The position numbers and the translations under genes were made by a program. The notes below the pieces were generated by a model. The model saw only the letters and a program-made list of their open reading frames with translations. It did not search any database and was not told the origin of the DNA. From assembly GCA_904502135.1 (NCBI GenBank), contig CAJGDE010000001.1, forward strand, positions 1 through 51,642: a stretch of 51,642 nt of DNA, written 5' to 3'. Source of the DNA: Kiritimatiellia bacterium. Its GTDB lineage: Bacteria > Verrucomicrobiota > Kiritimatiellia > RFP12 > UBA1067. Below are positions 27,664-36,361 of the stretch, piece after piece. Each line of letters begins with the position of its first letter. The stretch's first letter is position 1.

Positions 27664-28702
27664 CACACGCAGCTTCGCTCGCGCCGGCTTTCTCGGCAAT
27701 CCGTCGGATGGATATTTCGGCAAGACCATAAGTTTTTCATTTACCGAATTTTGCGTTGATCTGAAAATGTCCGAGAGCAATCGGCTTCGTTTTGTTCCGG
27801 GCGAGGTCGATGACGCGACTTTCGAGTCTCCCGAGGCTTTGGTCAGGGATTTAAGACTCTACGGCTATTACGGCGGAATAAGAATGCTCAAGGCTGTGGC
27901 GAAATTATTTTTTGAGTATTGCTTTGAAAAAGGCATCGAAATCGAAAAGCGCAATTTCACCGTTGAATACAAGATAAACATTCCGCGCCTTGTCGGGATG
28001 AGCGGCTCAAGCGCGATATGTTCGGCGATGTTAAAAGCGCTTCAGAAATTTTACAATGTCACCATTCCGCTTGAGATTGCCCCGACAATCTGCATGGAGG
28101 CAGAAAGGGATGAGCTCGGAATAGCCTGCGGCCTGCAGGATCGTGTTGCGCAGATATATAACGGGCTTACCTTTATGGATTTCAACCGCGAGCTCGTCGA
28201 GGCGACAGGACACGGCAGGTATGAGAGATTAGATGCAGGCCTTTTGAAAAATCTCTATATAGCCTATGATCCTAATAGGGCAGAAGAGAGCGGAAAGGCG
28301 CACAAGAAGGTCAAGCAGCGTTTTCAGAATAACGACCGCGATGTGATCGGCGCCATGAGCGAATTTGCCGATATCGCCCAAAAGGGCCGTGATGCGCTTG
28401 TGTCTGGGCGATTCGATGAGATTGCGGGATTGATCAATGCGAATTTTGATCTTAGAGATAAGATCTTCAATGTCGCAGAAGAGAACCGCAGGATGGTTAT
28501 GGCGGCAAGAGAGGTCGGAGCCTCTGCTAAGTTCGCGGGCTCGGGCGGCACAATCGTCGGGACATACGGGGATGAAGCACAGTACAAGATGCTTGTCGAG
28601 AAACTCGCTCTGATAGGTTGCCGGACACTGAAGCCCGTTATCGCCAGCAATGAAGACGAGACGGCGCAGATCGTCTCTCAAGATGGATGGAGAAATTCGT
28701 AA
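27650..28702 (+). CDS. GHMP-family sugar kinase (glucuronokinase-like)
   Basis: ARAGFLGNPSDGYFGKTISF N-terminus and PRLVGMSGSSAI (GHMP motif II). It overlaps the upstream gene by 14 nt. Confidence 0.6.
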   Translation: MLTVNTRSFARAGFLGNPSDGYFGKTISFSFTEFCVDLKMSESNRLRFVPGEVDDATFESPEALVRDLRLYGYYGGIRMLKAVAKLFFEYCFEKGIEIEKRNFTVEYKINIPRLVGMSGSSAICSAMLKALQKFYNVTIPLEIAPTICMEAERDELGIACGLQDRVAQIYNGLTFMDFNRELVEATGHGRYERLDAGLLKNLYIAYDPNRAEESGKAHKKVKQRFQNNDRDVIGAMSEFADIAQKGRDALVSGRFDEIAGLINANFDLRDKIFNVAEENRRMVMAAREVGASAKFAGSGGTIVGTYGDEAQYKMLVEKLALIGCRTLKPVIASNEDETAQIVSQDGWRNS

Positions 28703-28719
28703 GCTCTAAGACCATGGAG

Positions 28720-28748
28720 TTGTCAAGTCGGACGCATTAGTGTATAAT
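28720..28748 (+). promoter_or_regulatory. sigma-70-type promoter TTGTCA-N17-TATAAT (TG-extended)
   Basis: TTGTCA at 28720-28725 and TGTATAAT at 28741-28748. GGGAGA SD at 28761-28766 and ATG at 28776. Confidence 0.5.
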
Positions 28749-28775
28749 AATTGACACATAGGGAGATACAAATTT

Positions 28776-29162
28776 ATGTTTGATGAAACGTTGCATAATG
28801 AGAATGTGTCTGACGAGGCTGTTGACACTCAACTTGCAGACGATGTTGAAATCCGCGATACGGATATAGTCTTTGACTGTCCCCATTGCGGAAAAAACCT
28901 CGTCATCGACTATCGCGGAGCGGGTTTGCAGATCAATTGCAGCCAATGCGGGGAAGGGGTTTTAGTTCCGATTCCTGATGGAATGCAGCTTAACGATCTC
29001 GATCTTGATCCCGGAGAGATTTTAAAACAGCTTTTTGCAACGCGCCGCAATTACCAGAAATCGGAGCTTCGCGTTAGAGCTCTTAAAGAAAGACTTCTTC
29101 GTCTTCAAGAAGCTCTTGGCGTTATGCAGGATGTTGTTGCAGAGGGGCTTAGCGAGTTGTGA
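28776..29162 (+). CDS. hypothetical zinc-ribbon protein with a C-terminal helical region
   Basis: CPHCG-N18-CSQCG zinc-ribbon pattern. Good promoter and SD. The stop overlaps the next start (GTGA). Function unknown. Confidence 0.5.
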   Translation: MFDETLHNENVSDEAVDTQLADDVEIRDTDIVFDCPHCGKNLVIDYRGAGLQINCSQCGEGVLVPIPDGMQLNDLDLDPGEILKQLFATRRNYQKSELRVRALKERLLRLQEALGVMQDVVAEGLSEL

Positions 29163-29785
29163 GTGCTCAGTCGGCGATAGTCAATGTATTGACGTTTCTG
29201 CGTGTGCCGCTTGTGCTTGCGTGGCTCGCTTTTGCCGTGGCGCAAGAATATCGCGGCGGGTTCTGGCTCGGTTTTGGGGCGATCGTCGCTATGTTCCTTT
29301 CGGGGATAACCGATCTATTTGACGGTATGCTCGCCAGACGCTGGAAGGTCGTTTCCACTTTGGGCAAGATGGCCGATCCTCTGATGGATAAGATCTTCTA
29401 TGTAGTAACGTTCCCATCTCTCATTTGGCAGATTGCGCGCCAAGGGCAGTCGGATGTACACGCCATGGTGATGCTCGCCTTTACGATCCTTTATCTCTCC
29501 CGTGACATGTGGGTTACATTCATCCGCAGCGTGGGGGCGATGTACGGGGCGGATGTCGCGGCGATGTATCTCGGCAAGGTGCGAACAGCTCTTTCGTTTC
29601 CGTGCGCCGGCTGGACTTATATGTATCTTGCGTTTCACGCGATGGTGCCGCAATCATGGGATTTTCCGTGGCTTATGAGCTGCTTCGTCTTTGAAGGGTT
29701 TATGATTCTAATTACAATCATAACGCTTTTTACGTACACAAAGGCTTATTTGCCGTATCTAAAAAAGGCACTTGCGCAGAAATGA
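29159..29785 (+). CDS. pgsA: CDP-alcohol phosphatidyltransferase family protein (PgsA-like)
   Basis: DLFDGMLARRWKVVSTLGKMADPLMDK fits D(x)2DG(x)2AR(x)8G(x)3D(x)3D. Multiple TM segments. GTG start. Confidence 0.7.
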   Translation: MSAQSAIVNVLTFLRVPLVLAWLAFAVAQEYRGGFWLGFGAIVAMFLSGITDLFDGMLARRWKVVSTLGKMADPLMDKIFYVVTFPSLIWQIARQGQSDVHAMVMLAFTILYLSRDMWVTFIRSVGAMYGADVAAMYLGKVRTALSFPCAGWTYMYLAFHAMVPQSWDFPWLMSCFVFEGFMILITIITLFTYTKAYLPYLKKALAQK

Positions 29786-29790
29786 AAACT

Positions 29791-29799
29791 GTGCGATAA
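29791..29799 (+). promoter_or_regulatory. possible extended -10 box TGCGATAAT upstream of the pseudopilin gene
   Basis: TGCGATAAT lies 38 nt upstream of ATG 29837 in an AT-rich spacer. Confidence 0.3.
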
Positions 29800-29836
29800 T
29801 ATACATATACAAAACCATACAAAAGGTAGATTAACT

Positions 29837-30565
29837 ATGAACAAAAAAAATAAAGGTTTTACGCTCGTTGAGCTTCTCGTCGTTATCGGTATTCTCGGTA
29901 TTTTGATGGGCGCTCTCTTCCCGGCCATTTCTTCGGCTATGCTTTCTGCGAACACTTCCGCCATGTCAATGCGCGGCCGCAATCTTTTTGTTGCCATCAC
30001 TCAGACCAATACTGATCGTGAAGGCGCGGGCCTTCAGGCTGTTTGGCCTCAGCAGGATACCGACGGACTTGACGATGAAGATAAGAAGGTTATCGGCGCT
30101 ACGAGTTCGACCGACTTCTTTAAATATCTCTTTGACCTCGAAACCGAGGCCCAGAACCGCAAGGCGTTCGTAGATGTCGATATCAGCACGCTTTCCGGCG
30201 GCGGTGTTCCCGGCATGTCGAACAATCAGCTTGAGAAGAAGAATGTCGCTTGGCTTGTCACGCAGAATGTCCAGAGCGAGATTTCTGATGTCATTCCTGT
30301 TTTAGTTTCTCGCAACGTAGACTTCAACTCTCTTAACTCGGAGCTTGCCAGCTATGACGGCACTAAAACTACCGAGATTGAGTGCGGTAAGGCTGGTGGT
30401 CAGTACACTTCGACGCCTTTCGGCAACAAGGCTTGGATTCTTATCCGCAAGGGCGGCGCCGCTCAGGTCATCAAGGCTAAGTATTCCCGCCTTAACGTAA
30501 TCTTCAACAAGCAGAGCTTTGATAACTCTGCTCTTGAAAATCAGCTTAAGATTCTCCAGCTTTAA
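29837..30565 (+). CDS. prepilin-type N-terminal cleavage/methylation domain protein (type II secretion/type IV pilin-like pseudopilin)
   Basis: MNKKNKGFTLVELLVVIGILGILMGALFP is the canonical G/FTLxE prepilin leader plus hydrophobic helix. Confidence 0.75.
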   Translation: MNKKNKGFTLVELLVVIGILGILMGALFPAISSAMLSANTSAMSMRGRNLFVAITQTNTDREGAGLQAVWPQQDTDGLDDEDKKVIGATSSTDFFKYLFDLETEAQNRKAFVDVDISTLSGGGVPGMSNNQLEKKNVAWLVTQNVQSEISDVIPVLVSRNVDFNSLNSELASYDGTKTTEIECGKAGGQYTSTPFGNKAWILIRKGGAAQVIKAKYSRLNVIFNKQSFDNSALENQLKILQL

Positions 30566-30566
30566 T

Positions 30567-32726
30567 TTGACAGTTTCTGTAGCCATAGATTTAGCGCTCG
30601 ATAAACTCTTTACATACGAGATTCCGAGCGACTTAGAAAAGAAGCTGACCGTCGGTCAGCTTCTTTGTGTTCCGTTCGGCCATCGTGAAGCGCGAGGGTT
30701 TGCGATGGCTATTTCCGATCAAGTCAACGAGCAGAGTTCTTATAAGCTTAAGTGTGTATCGTCCATTGTTGATGAAATCCCATTTTTTTCGCCTGTTCTT
30801 TTAGATCTCATAAAGCGCGTAGCGATATATACGGCAAGCCCGATTGAGACGGTTTTAAAAACAGCTCTTCCATCTGCCGTCATAAAGAAAAATGCTCATG
30901 CTAAAGAACTTCTCTTTGTTGAGCCGAACGAGAGCGGAGATATCACGCAGCTGACAAAACGTCAGCTTTGGATTTATGAGCAGGTTGTTCGTCTTAAGGG
31001 CGGGTGGCTAAATCAGCTTTCGCAGGAGCTTAAAACGACAAACTCTACTATCAAGGCGCTGGCTGAAAAAGGCGTTCTTTCTGTTGCGCCTAAAGCCAAA
31101 CGGCGAGACCCTCTTCTGTCGCGACGCATTTTACCGACAAAGCCGCTCGAACTTAATGACGGGCAGTCTAAGGCGCTTGACGCCGTTTTGTGCTCAACAA
31201 AGCCCTTGCTTCTGCATGGAGTGACCGGGTCGGGAAAAACCGAGGTATATCTTCAGGCGATCGCTTCCGAGCTGAAGCGCGGTCGTGGCGCGATAGTTAT
31301 GGTGCCGGAAATATCGCTTACCCCTCAGACCGTTCAGCGTTTCGCTTCGCGCTTCGGCTCAAAGGTTGCCGTTCTACATTCGGCGCTTTCCGACGGAGAG
31401 CGGTATGATGAGTGGCACAGGATTCGCAGCGGCGAGGCGCAGGTTGTCATCGGTCCTCGAAGCGCCGTGTGGGCGCCAGTAAAGAATCTGGGGCTTATTG
31501 TCGTTGACGAAGAGCACGATTCAAGTTACAAGCAGGATACCTCACCACGCTATAACGCGAGGGATGTAGCGGTTTTGCGCGCACAGCTTGAAGGCGCTAA
31601 GGTTGTTTTAGGCTCTGCAACGCCAAGTTTGGAGAGTTGGAACAATTCCCTTTCAGGTAAATATGCCATAGTCTCTATGAAAGATCGCGCAGGAGCCGGG
31701 ACTTTACCGCTTATCAGGCTCGTTGATATGTCATGCTCGCAGAAGGGTATATATTCAAAAGATCTTCTTGATGCCATTAAACTCAGGCTTGAGCGCTCCG
31801 AACAGACGATCTTGTTTCTTAATAGGCGCGGCTACAGCCCGAGCGTTGTTTGCGACGGATGCAATAGCGCCATAGAGTGTCCAGATTGCGCGGTTGCCTA
31901 TACATACCATGAGGCCGATAAATGCCTTAGATGTCACATATGCGGCAGGTGGATTATGATGCCCGAGAAGTGCTCCTTATGCGGAGATCGTTCATTTACG
32001 TATAAAGGCATAGGCACCCAGCGCGCGGAGGCGGCTCTTAAGACGTGCTTTCCTCATGCAAGAGTTCTGCGCATGGACGCAGATTCGACAAGCCGCAAAA
32101 ATTCGCATGATGATATTTTAGGCTCTTTCAGGATGCGCGAGGCAGATGTTCTTATAGGCACGCAAATGATAGCCAAAGGACTTGATTTCCCGAATGTGAC
32201 TTTGGTTGGGGTTTTGAATGCTGACAGATCATTGCAAATGCCGGACTTTAGGGCCGCGGAGAGGACTTTTCAGCTTTTGCAGCAAGTTGCCGGTCGCGCC
32301 GGCCGATCTGAGCTGCCCGGAGAAGTTTTTATACAGACGTACGATATTTCATGCGAGGTTATAAGAATGGCATCTCGTGGTGACTTCGAGGCGTTTGCTG
32401 CAGAAGAGCTTGCCTGCCGCCGCGAGCTTTGGTATCCGCCGTATTGCCATTTGGCGCTTATTAATTTGAGATCAAAAGATTCCTCTTTGGTTGCACGCTG
32501 GTCGCTTATGTATTCTCAGTCGCTGCAGAAGGTTAAGGGTATAAAAGTCGGCGAGGCGGTTCCAGCGGCGATAGAAAGAGCGGACGGGTGGCATCGTTGG
32601 CAGATAATAGTCAGAGCCGCCAATGCTAGTTCAATCGTCAAGGCGTGGAAGTGGCTTCTTAAAGAGCGCCCTTGCCCGCCGGCGCTTATATCTTCAATAG
32701 ATATAGATGCGCTTAATATGATGTAA
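30567..32726 (+). CDS. priA: primosomal protein N' (replication restart helicase PriA)
   Basis: GVTGSGKTEVY Walker A, DEEHD, the Cys-rich zinc insertion (CDGCNSAIECPDC...CHICG...CSLCG) and GTQMIAKGLDFP. TTG 30567 (TVSVAIDL...) directly follows the upstream stop; the alternative TTG 30519 is the track start. Confidence 0.9.
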   Translation: MTVSVAIDLALDKLFTYEIPSDLEKKLTVGQLLCVPFGHREARGFAMAISDQVNEQSSYKLKCVSSIVDEIPFFSPVLLDLIKRVAIYTASPIETVLKTALPSAVIKKNAHAKELLFVEPNESGDITQLTKRQLWIYEQVVRLKGGWLNQLSQELKTTNSTIKALAEKGVLSVAPKAKRRDPLLSRRILPTKPLELNDGQSKALDAVLCSTKPLLLHGVTGSGKTEVYLQAIASELKRGRGAIVMVPEISLTPQTVQRFASRFGSKVAVLHSALSDGERYDEWHRIRSGEAQVVIGPRSAVWAPVKNLGLIVVDEEHDSSYKQDTSPRYNARDVAVLRAQLEGAKVVLGSATPSLESWNNSLSGKYAIVSMKDRAGAGTLPLIRLVDMSCSQKGIYSKDLLDAIKLRLERSEQTILFLNRRGYSPSVVCDGCNSAIECPDCAVAYTYHEADKCLRCHICGRWIMMPEKCSLCGDRSFTYKGIGTQRAEAALKTCFPHARVLRMDADSTSRKNSHDDILGSFRMREADVLIGTQMIAKGLDFPNVTLVGVLNADRSLQMPDFRAAERTFQLLQQVAGRAGRSELPGEVFIQTYDISCEVIRMASRGDFEAFAAEELACRRELWYPPYCHLALINLRSKDSSLVARWSLMYSQSLQKVKGIKVGEAVPAAIERADGWHRWQIIVRAANASSIVKAWKWLLKERPCPPALISSIDIDALNMM

Positions 32727-32744
32727 ACGGCTTAGTTCCTGTAA

Positions 32745-33329
32745 TCAGGCGCCGTTTTCGTGTTTGACCCACGCTTCGCGCATGAATTTGATGTTGCGCG
32801 AGAAAATCTGGTCGACATTTGCCGCCGATGATATGTCGAGAAAATCCTTAACCTCTTCGCTCGAAAGATGAAATCTCGTTTTGAGCAGATGCACGTACGC
32901 GCGTTCAGGGTCTTTGTTCCAGAGGTCTTTCAGGCAGATATGCGTCATCTTCCACACTTCATTGTGCTTAATGTCTTTGCCCGCCTGAACAGGTATTTCA
33001 AGAGCTGCAGCTTCCCCGTCGCTGTGATATGCATTCTCGATAGATATTTCGCCGCGCACGGAAGCCTTGGCATTAAGAACATATCCCCGCACATATCTTT
33101 TCAGCCATCCTTGAAAACTGCCTTCACCTCTGTAGAGATTGATTTTTCCGCGGCCGATCATCTCTTCGTAGAGCATGCTTAACAAATCGGTGTCTGTGAG
33201 CGAATAGCGCTTCATCATCTCGGCGGATCTCAGTGATTTTGATTCCGGCTTGATTACTTTGTCCCACACAAGCTTCCAGCCTGTATCATCCTGGCTCTTT
33301 ACGAGCTCAAACCATTCGTTGTCTGTCAT
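32745..33329 (-). CDS. sigma-70-family (ECF-like) RNA polymerase sigma factor candidate
   Basis: Region-2-like DTDLLSMLYEEM...FQGWLKRYVRGYVLN and region-4-like PERAYVHLLKTRFHLSSEEVKDFLDISSAANVDQIFSRNIKFMRE. ATG 33329 overlaps the upstream stop (ATGA). Called by pattern only. Confidence 0.45.
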   Translation of the reverse strand: MTDNEWFELVKSQDDTGWKLVWDKVIKPESKSLRSAEMMKRYSLTDTDLLSMLYEEMIGRGKINLYRGEGSFQGWLKRYVRGYVLNAKASVRGEISIENAYHSDGEAAALEIPVQAGKDIKHNEVWKMTHICLKDLWNKDPERAYVHLLKTRFHLSSEEVKDFLDISSAANVDQIFSRNIKFMREAWVKHENGA

Positions 33330-33643
33330 GCGAACGTAAGATCTCCCGGTATCGGCGGAAAGCCTTTTCTGTGAAGCCAAATGGCGCGATCGTGCTTGCC
33401 GGCGATAAAATCTGCGTATGATATTTTTGCTAAACCGTCATTTACGGCGAGCATCTGGCCGGCAAATTCAAAAACGCCTTTTTTTACAGCCTCGCCTTCA
33501 CCGTCATGAACTTCAATATCGAGTACGGAGGAGCTATCTTCGCCGCCTTTGAAATTGAGTTTTGCCGACCAGCGCATTTTCATTTCGTGCGCCGGGAACG
33601 AGACGAAAACGAATGAAAGAGGTTTGTCAGAGGGCGTTCTCAT
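33326..33643 (-). CDS. hypothetical protein (105 aa)
   Basis: ORF packed tightly between der (2 nt after its stop) and the sigma-like gene (ATGA overlap). I recognise no motif. Confidence 0.4.
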   Translation of the reverse strand: MRTPSDKPLSFVFVSFPAHEMKMRWSAKLNFKGGEDSSSVLDIEVHDGEGEAVKKGVFEFAGQMLAVNDGLAKISYADFIAGKHDRAIWLHRKGFPPIPGDLTFA

Positions 33644-33645
33644 TT

Positions 33646-34995
33646 TTAGGCGTTATCCTGGCCCTTGCGAGAGCGGGCTTTGAGGAATATTCTTAAAGGC
33701 GCGCCTTCTAAACCAAATCTCGCTCGTACATTTTTCTCGAGGAACGAAAGGTACGCGGGCGTTACAAGCTTAGGGTCGTTGACAAAAAGTCTTATCGTTT
33801 GCGGATTTGTCGAAACTTGCAAGCCGTAGTAGATTTTTAGGCGTTTTCCTTTAATCATCGGGGAGAGAGTCTTCTTCGTGGCCGAGACAAGGGTTCTATT
33901 GAGAATGCCCGTCGGGAGTTTTTCGCCGGCGCTTGCCGCTGCGCGGTCGATAGCCTCTATCGTGCGACGGATGTTGTAGCCTGATTTATTTGAGCAGAAT
34001 ACGACAGGCGCGAAATTCAAAAAGGGCATCATCTGCCTTAATGCGGGCAGAGCCTTTGTCTCGGTAACGCCGTCTTCCTGGGCAAGATCCCATTTCTGGC
34101 AGAGTATGACGGCCGCCCTGTTGGCTTCAAGGATTTTGCCTGCAATTCGCTTATCCTGCATGGTCGGGCCCATTCTGGCGTCAATGAGCAGCAGAACCAC
34201 ATCGGCCTCTTTAATCGCCTCTTCAGTTCTGAAAAGCGAAAAATTGTCGACAGATGTTTTTGACATCTTCGTGTGAGGCTTCATTCCAGCTGTATCAACA
34301 AGCATATAATGGCGCGCCTCTGGGCCTGAGCCGATAGAGAAGGGTACTTCCACCGCATCACGCGTTGTGCCTGCGATTTCGGAGACTATTACTCTTGGAG
34401 CCTTGAGCAGTCTATTTATATAAGAGGATTTTCCGGCGTTGGGTCTGCCGACGACAGCCACGCGCAAGGGACGCTTTTTTGTCTCATTTTCCTCTGCAGG
34501 TGGCAATTTCGATACGATATCGCCAAGAAGCGAGTCTATTCCGCGTGAGTGTTCGGCGCTTGTCGGGAATACTTTAAGGCCAAAACGCTCAAATTCGCCC
34601 GCGCGCCAATCGTCATCGGCATTATCGCACTTGTTGGCGGCGATAACGCACGGTACGCCCGATTCCCTAACGCGCTTTATCACCTCGGCATCAAGAGGCG
34701 TAATTCCTTCGCGGGCATCAACGACAATTATGCAAATTGCGGAGTCTTCTACAGCCAAAGCCGCCTGATTTCGCGTTTCATTGTCAAGCGGATCGTTAGT
34801 TACGCGTTTATCAAATGCGATGCCGCCTGTATCGACGAGCATGATTTTTCGACCCAGAACCTCAACTTCGCGTGTAACTCTGTCGCGAGTAACGCCGGGC
34901 TGGTCAAAAACGATCGCTACGCGCTTCTTCGCTATGCGGTTGAAAAGCGCACTTTTCCCCGTATTGGGACGGCCTACTAAACTGACTACATTCAT
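33646..34995 (-). CDS. der: ribosome-biogenesis GTPase Der (EngA)
   Basis: Two tandem G domains (GRPNTGKSALFN, DTGG; GRPNAGKSSYIN, DTAG) and a KH-like C-terminus. 449 aa. Confidence 0.92.
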   Translation of the reverse strand: MNVVSLVGRPNTGKSALFNRIAKKRVAIVFDQPGVTRDRVTREVEVLGRKIMLVDTGGIAFDKRVTNDPLDNETRNQAALAVEDSAICIIVVDAREGITPLDAEVIKRVRESGVPCVIAANKCDNADDDWRAGEFERFGLKVFPTSAEHSRGIDSLLGDIVSKLPPAEENETKKRPLRVAVVGRPNAGKSSYINRLLKAPRVIVSEIAGTTRDAVEVPFSIGSGPEARHYMLVDTAGMKPHTKMSKTSVDNFSLFRTEEAIKEADVVLLLIDARMGPTMQDKRIAGKILEANRAAVILCQKWDLAQEDGVTETKALPALRQMMPFLNFAPVVFCSNKSGYNIRRTIEAIDRAAASAGEKLPTGILNRTLVSATKKTLSPMIKGKRLKIYYGLQVSTNPQTIRLFVNDPKLVTPAYLSFLEKNVRARFGLEGAPLRIFLKARSRKGQDNA

Positions 34996-35004
34996 TATTT
35001 AGGT

Positions 35005-35013
35005 ATTATACCA
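35005..35013 (-). promoter_or_regulatory. extended -10 box TGGTATAAT (minus strand), 9 nt upstream of the der ATG (near-leaderless)
   Basis: Plus-strand ATTATACCA at 35005-35013. The der start codon is at 34995-34993. Confidence 0.45.
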
Positions 35014-35078
35014 AAAATCGCAGGTAATCGGGTCGTTTAATAAGCAAATTTGCCTACTTGCGCGATAACGCCGTTTTT

Positions 35079-35087
35079 TGATATAAT
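35079..35087 (+). promoter_or_regulatory. extended -10 box TGATATAAT heading the S10-operon leader
   Basis: TGATATAAT at 35079-35087, with TTGCGC 18 nt upstream of the hexamer. It is divergent from the der promoter. Confidence 0.45.
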
Positions 35088-35160
35088 ATGTGACAATCTT
35101 CGCAGGGAGAGGTCGCGATACGGGCAGGTAAATCCCGTCGCGTCGTGGCCGTTGAGTTAA

Positions 35161-35199
35161 CGCTCGCGGTTACGAAACAGCCGCGAGCGATGTTTTTTT
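35161..35199 (+). terminator. intrinsic terminator-like hairpin inside the rpsJ leader (attenuator, or 3' end of a ~105-nt RNA)
   Basis: Perfect 9-bp stem CGCTCGCGG/CCGCGAGCG with an 11-nt loop, then ATGTTTTTTT. It lies 173 nt upstream of the rpsJ ATG. Confidence 0.6.
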
Positions 35200-35372
35200 G
35201 TTGAAGATTACTGGGCCGAAACCCAGTCGTGAGCGAGGCGCCCAATGGGCCTCCTGCGCCAACATTATCAGTAATGTGCGCGGATTTCACGACCGTAGAG
35301 GCACAGTCAACGAAGGGCGCTCTATCCGTAAGGATTTGAGTGCGAAACAAAAAGAAAAAAGGAAAAGAAAAG

Positions 35373-35681
35373 ATGCAGCAGCAAAGAGTACGCATCCGCC
35401 TCCAGGCATACGATCATCGTGTGCTGGATCAGGCCGCCGGTGGTATCATCGACACGGCCCGCGGCACGGGTGCTCAGGTAGTGGGGCCAATCCCGCTTCC
35501 GACGCGCGTCGAGCGTTATACGGTGAACCGTTCACCTAACGTCGACAAGAAGTCAATGGATCAGTTCGAGATGCGCACGCATAAGCGCCTTCTCGACATC
35601 GTCAACCCAACCGCGCAGACGATTGATGAGCTCAAAAAGCTCAACCTTCCTGCAGGTGTTGACATCACCATCAAGGTCTGA
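35373..35681 (+). CDS. rpsJ: 30S ribosomal protein S10
   Basis: [19 protein letters not shown]... The start is taken at ATG 35373, after AAGGAAAAG. Confidence 0.95.
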   Translation: MQQQRVRIRLQAYDHRVLDQAAGGIIDTARGTGAQVVGPIPLPTRVERYTVNRSPNVDKKSMDQFEMRTHKRLLDIVNPTAQTIDELKKLNLPAGVDITIKV

Positions 35682-35693
35682 TAGGAGGGTGTC

Positions 35694-36359
35694 ATGGAAG
35701 GTTTGATTGGTAAGAAAATCGGAATGACCCAGGTTTATGACGCTGACGGAAAGCGCACTTGCGTTACCGTTATCGAAGTCGGTCCCTGCCCGGTCGTTCA
35801 GCTTAAGACTCTTGAGAATGACGGCTATGAGGCCGCTCAGATCGCTTTCGGCGTCCAGAAGGCTTCTCGCCTTGCCAAGGCGCAGGTCAAGCATTTTGAA
35901 AAGGCCGGCGTCGAGTGCGCTCGCGTTCTCAAAGAATTCAAGATGGATGAGGCTGACAAGTCTCTCAAGGTCGGCGACAAGCTTACCGTCGCCAATTTCG
36001 AAGGCGTCAAGTACGTTGATGTTACCGGTGTAACGAAGGGCAAGGGCTTCGCGGGCGTCATCAAGCGCTACGGCTTTGCTGGCGGCAATATGACTCACGG
36101 CGGCCACTCCAAGCGTCGTACTGGTGGTCTTGCGGCTCGTGACCTCCCGGGTTGGATTGAAAAGGGCAAGAAGATGCCCGGTCACATGGGTGATGTAAAT
36201 CGTAAGGCTGTCAATCTTGAGGTCGTCGAGATTCGTCCTGAAGATAACGCTATTCTCGTGAAGGGTTCGATTCCCGGTGCCCGTAACGGCACTGTGATCG
36301 TTCGCAAGTCCCTTAAGAATAACCGTATCGCCTACAAGGCGCAGAAGGGGGCTAAGTAA
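35694..36359 (+). CDS. rplC: 50S ribosomal protein L3
   Basis: [16 protein letters not shown]... and canonical operon position. Confidence 0.95.
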   Translation: MEGLIGKKIGMTQVYDADGKRTCVTVIEVGPCPVVQLKTLENDGYEAAQIAFGVQKASRLAKAQVKHFEKAGVECARVLKEFKMDEADKSLKVGDKLTVANFEGVKYVDVTGVTKGKGFAGVIKRYGFAGGNMTHGGHSKRRTGGLAARDLPGWIEKGKKMPGHMGDVNRKAVNLEVVEIRPEDNAILVKGSIPGARNGTVIVRKSLKNNRIAYKAQKGAK

Positions 36360-36361
36360 TT

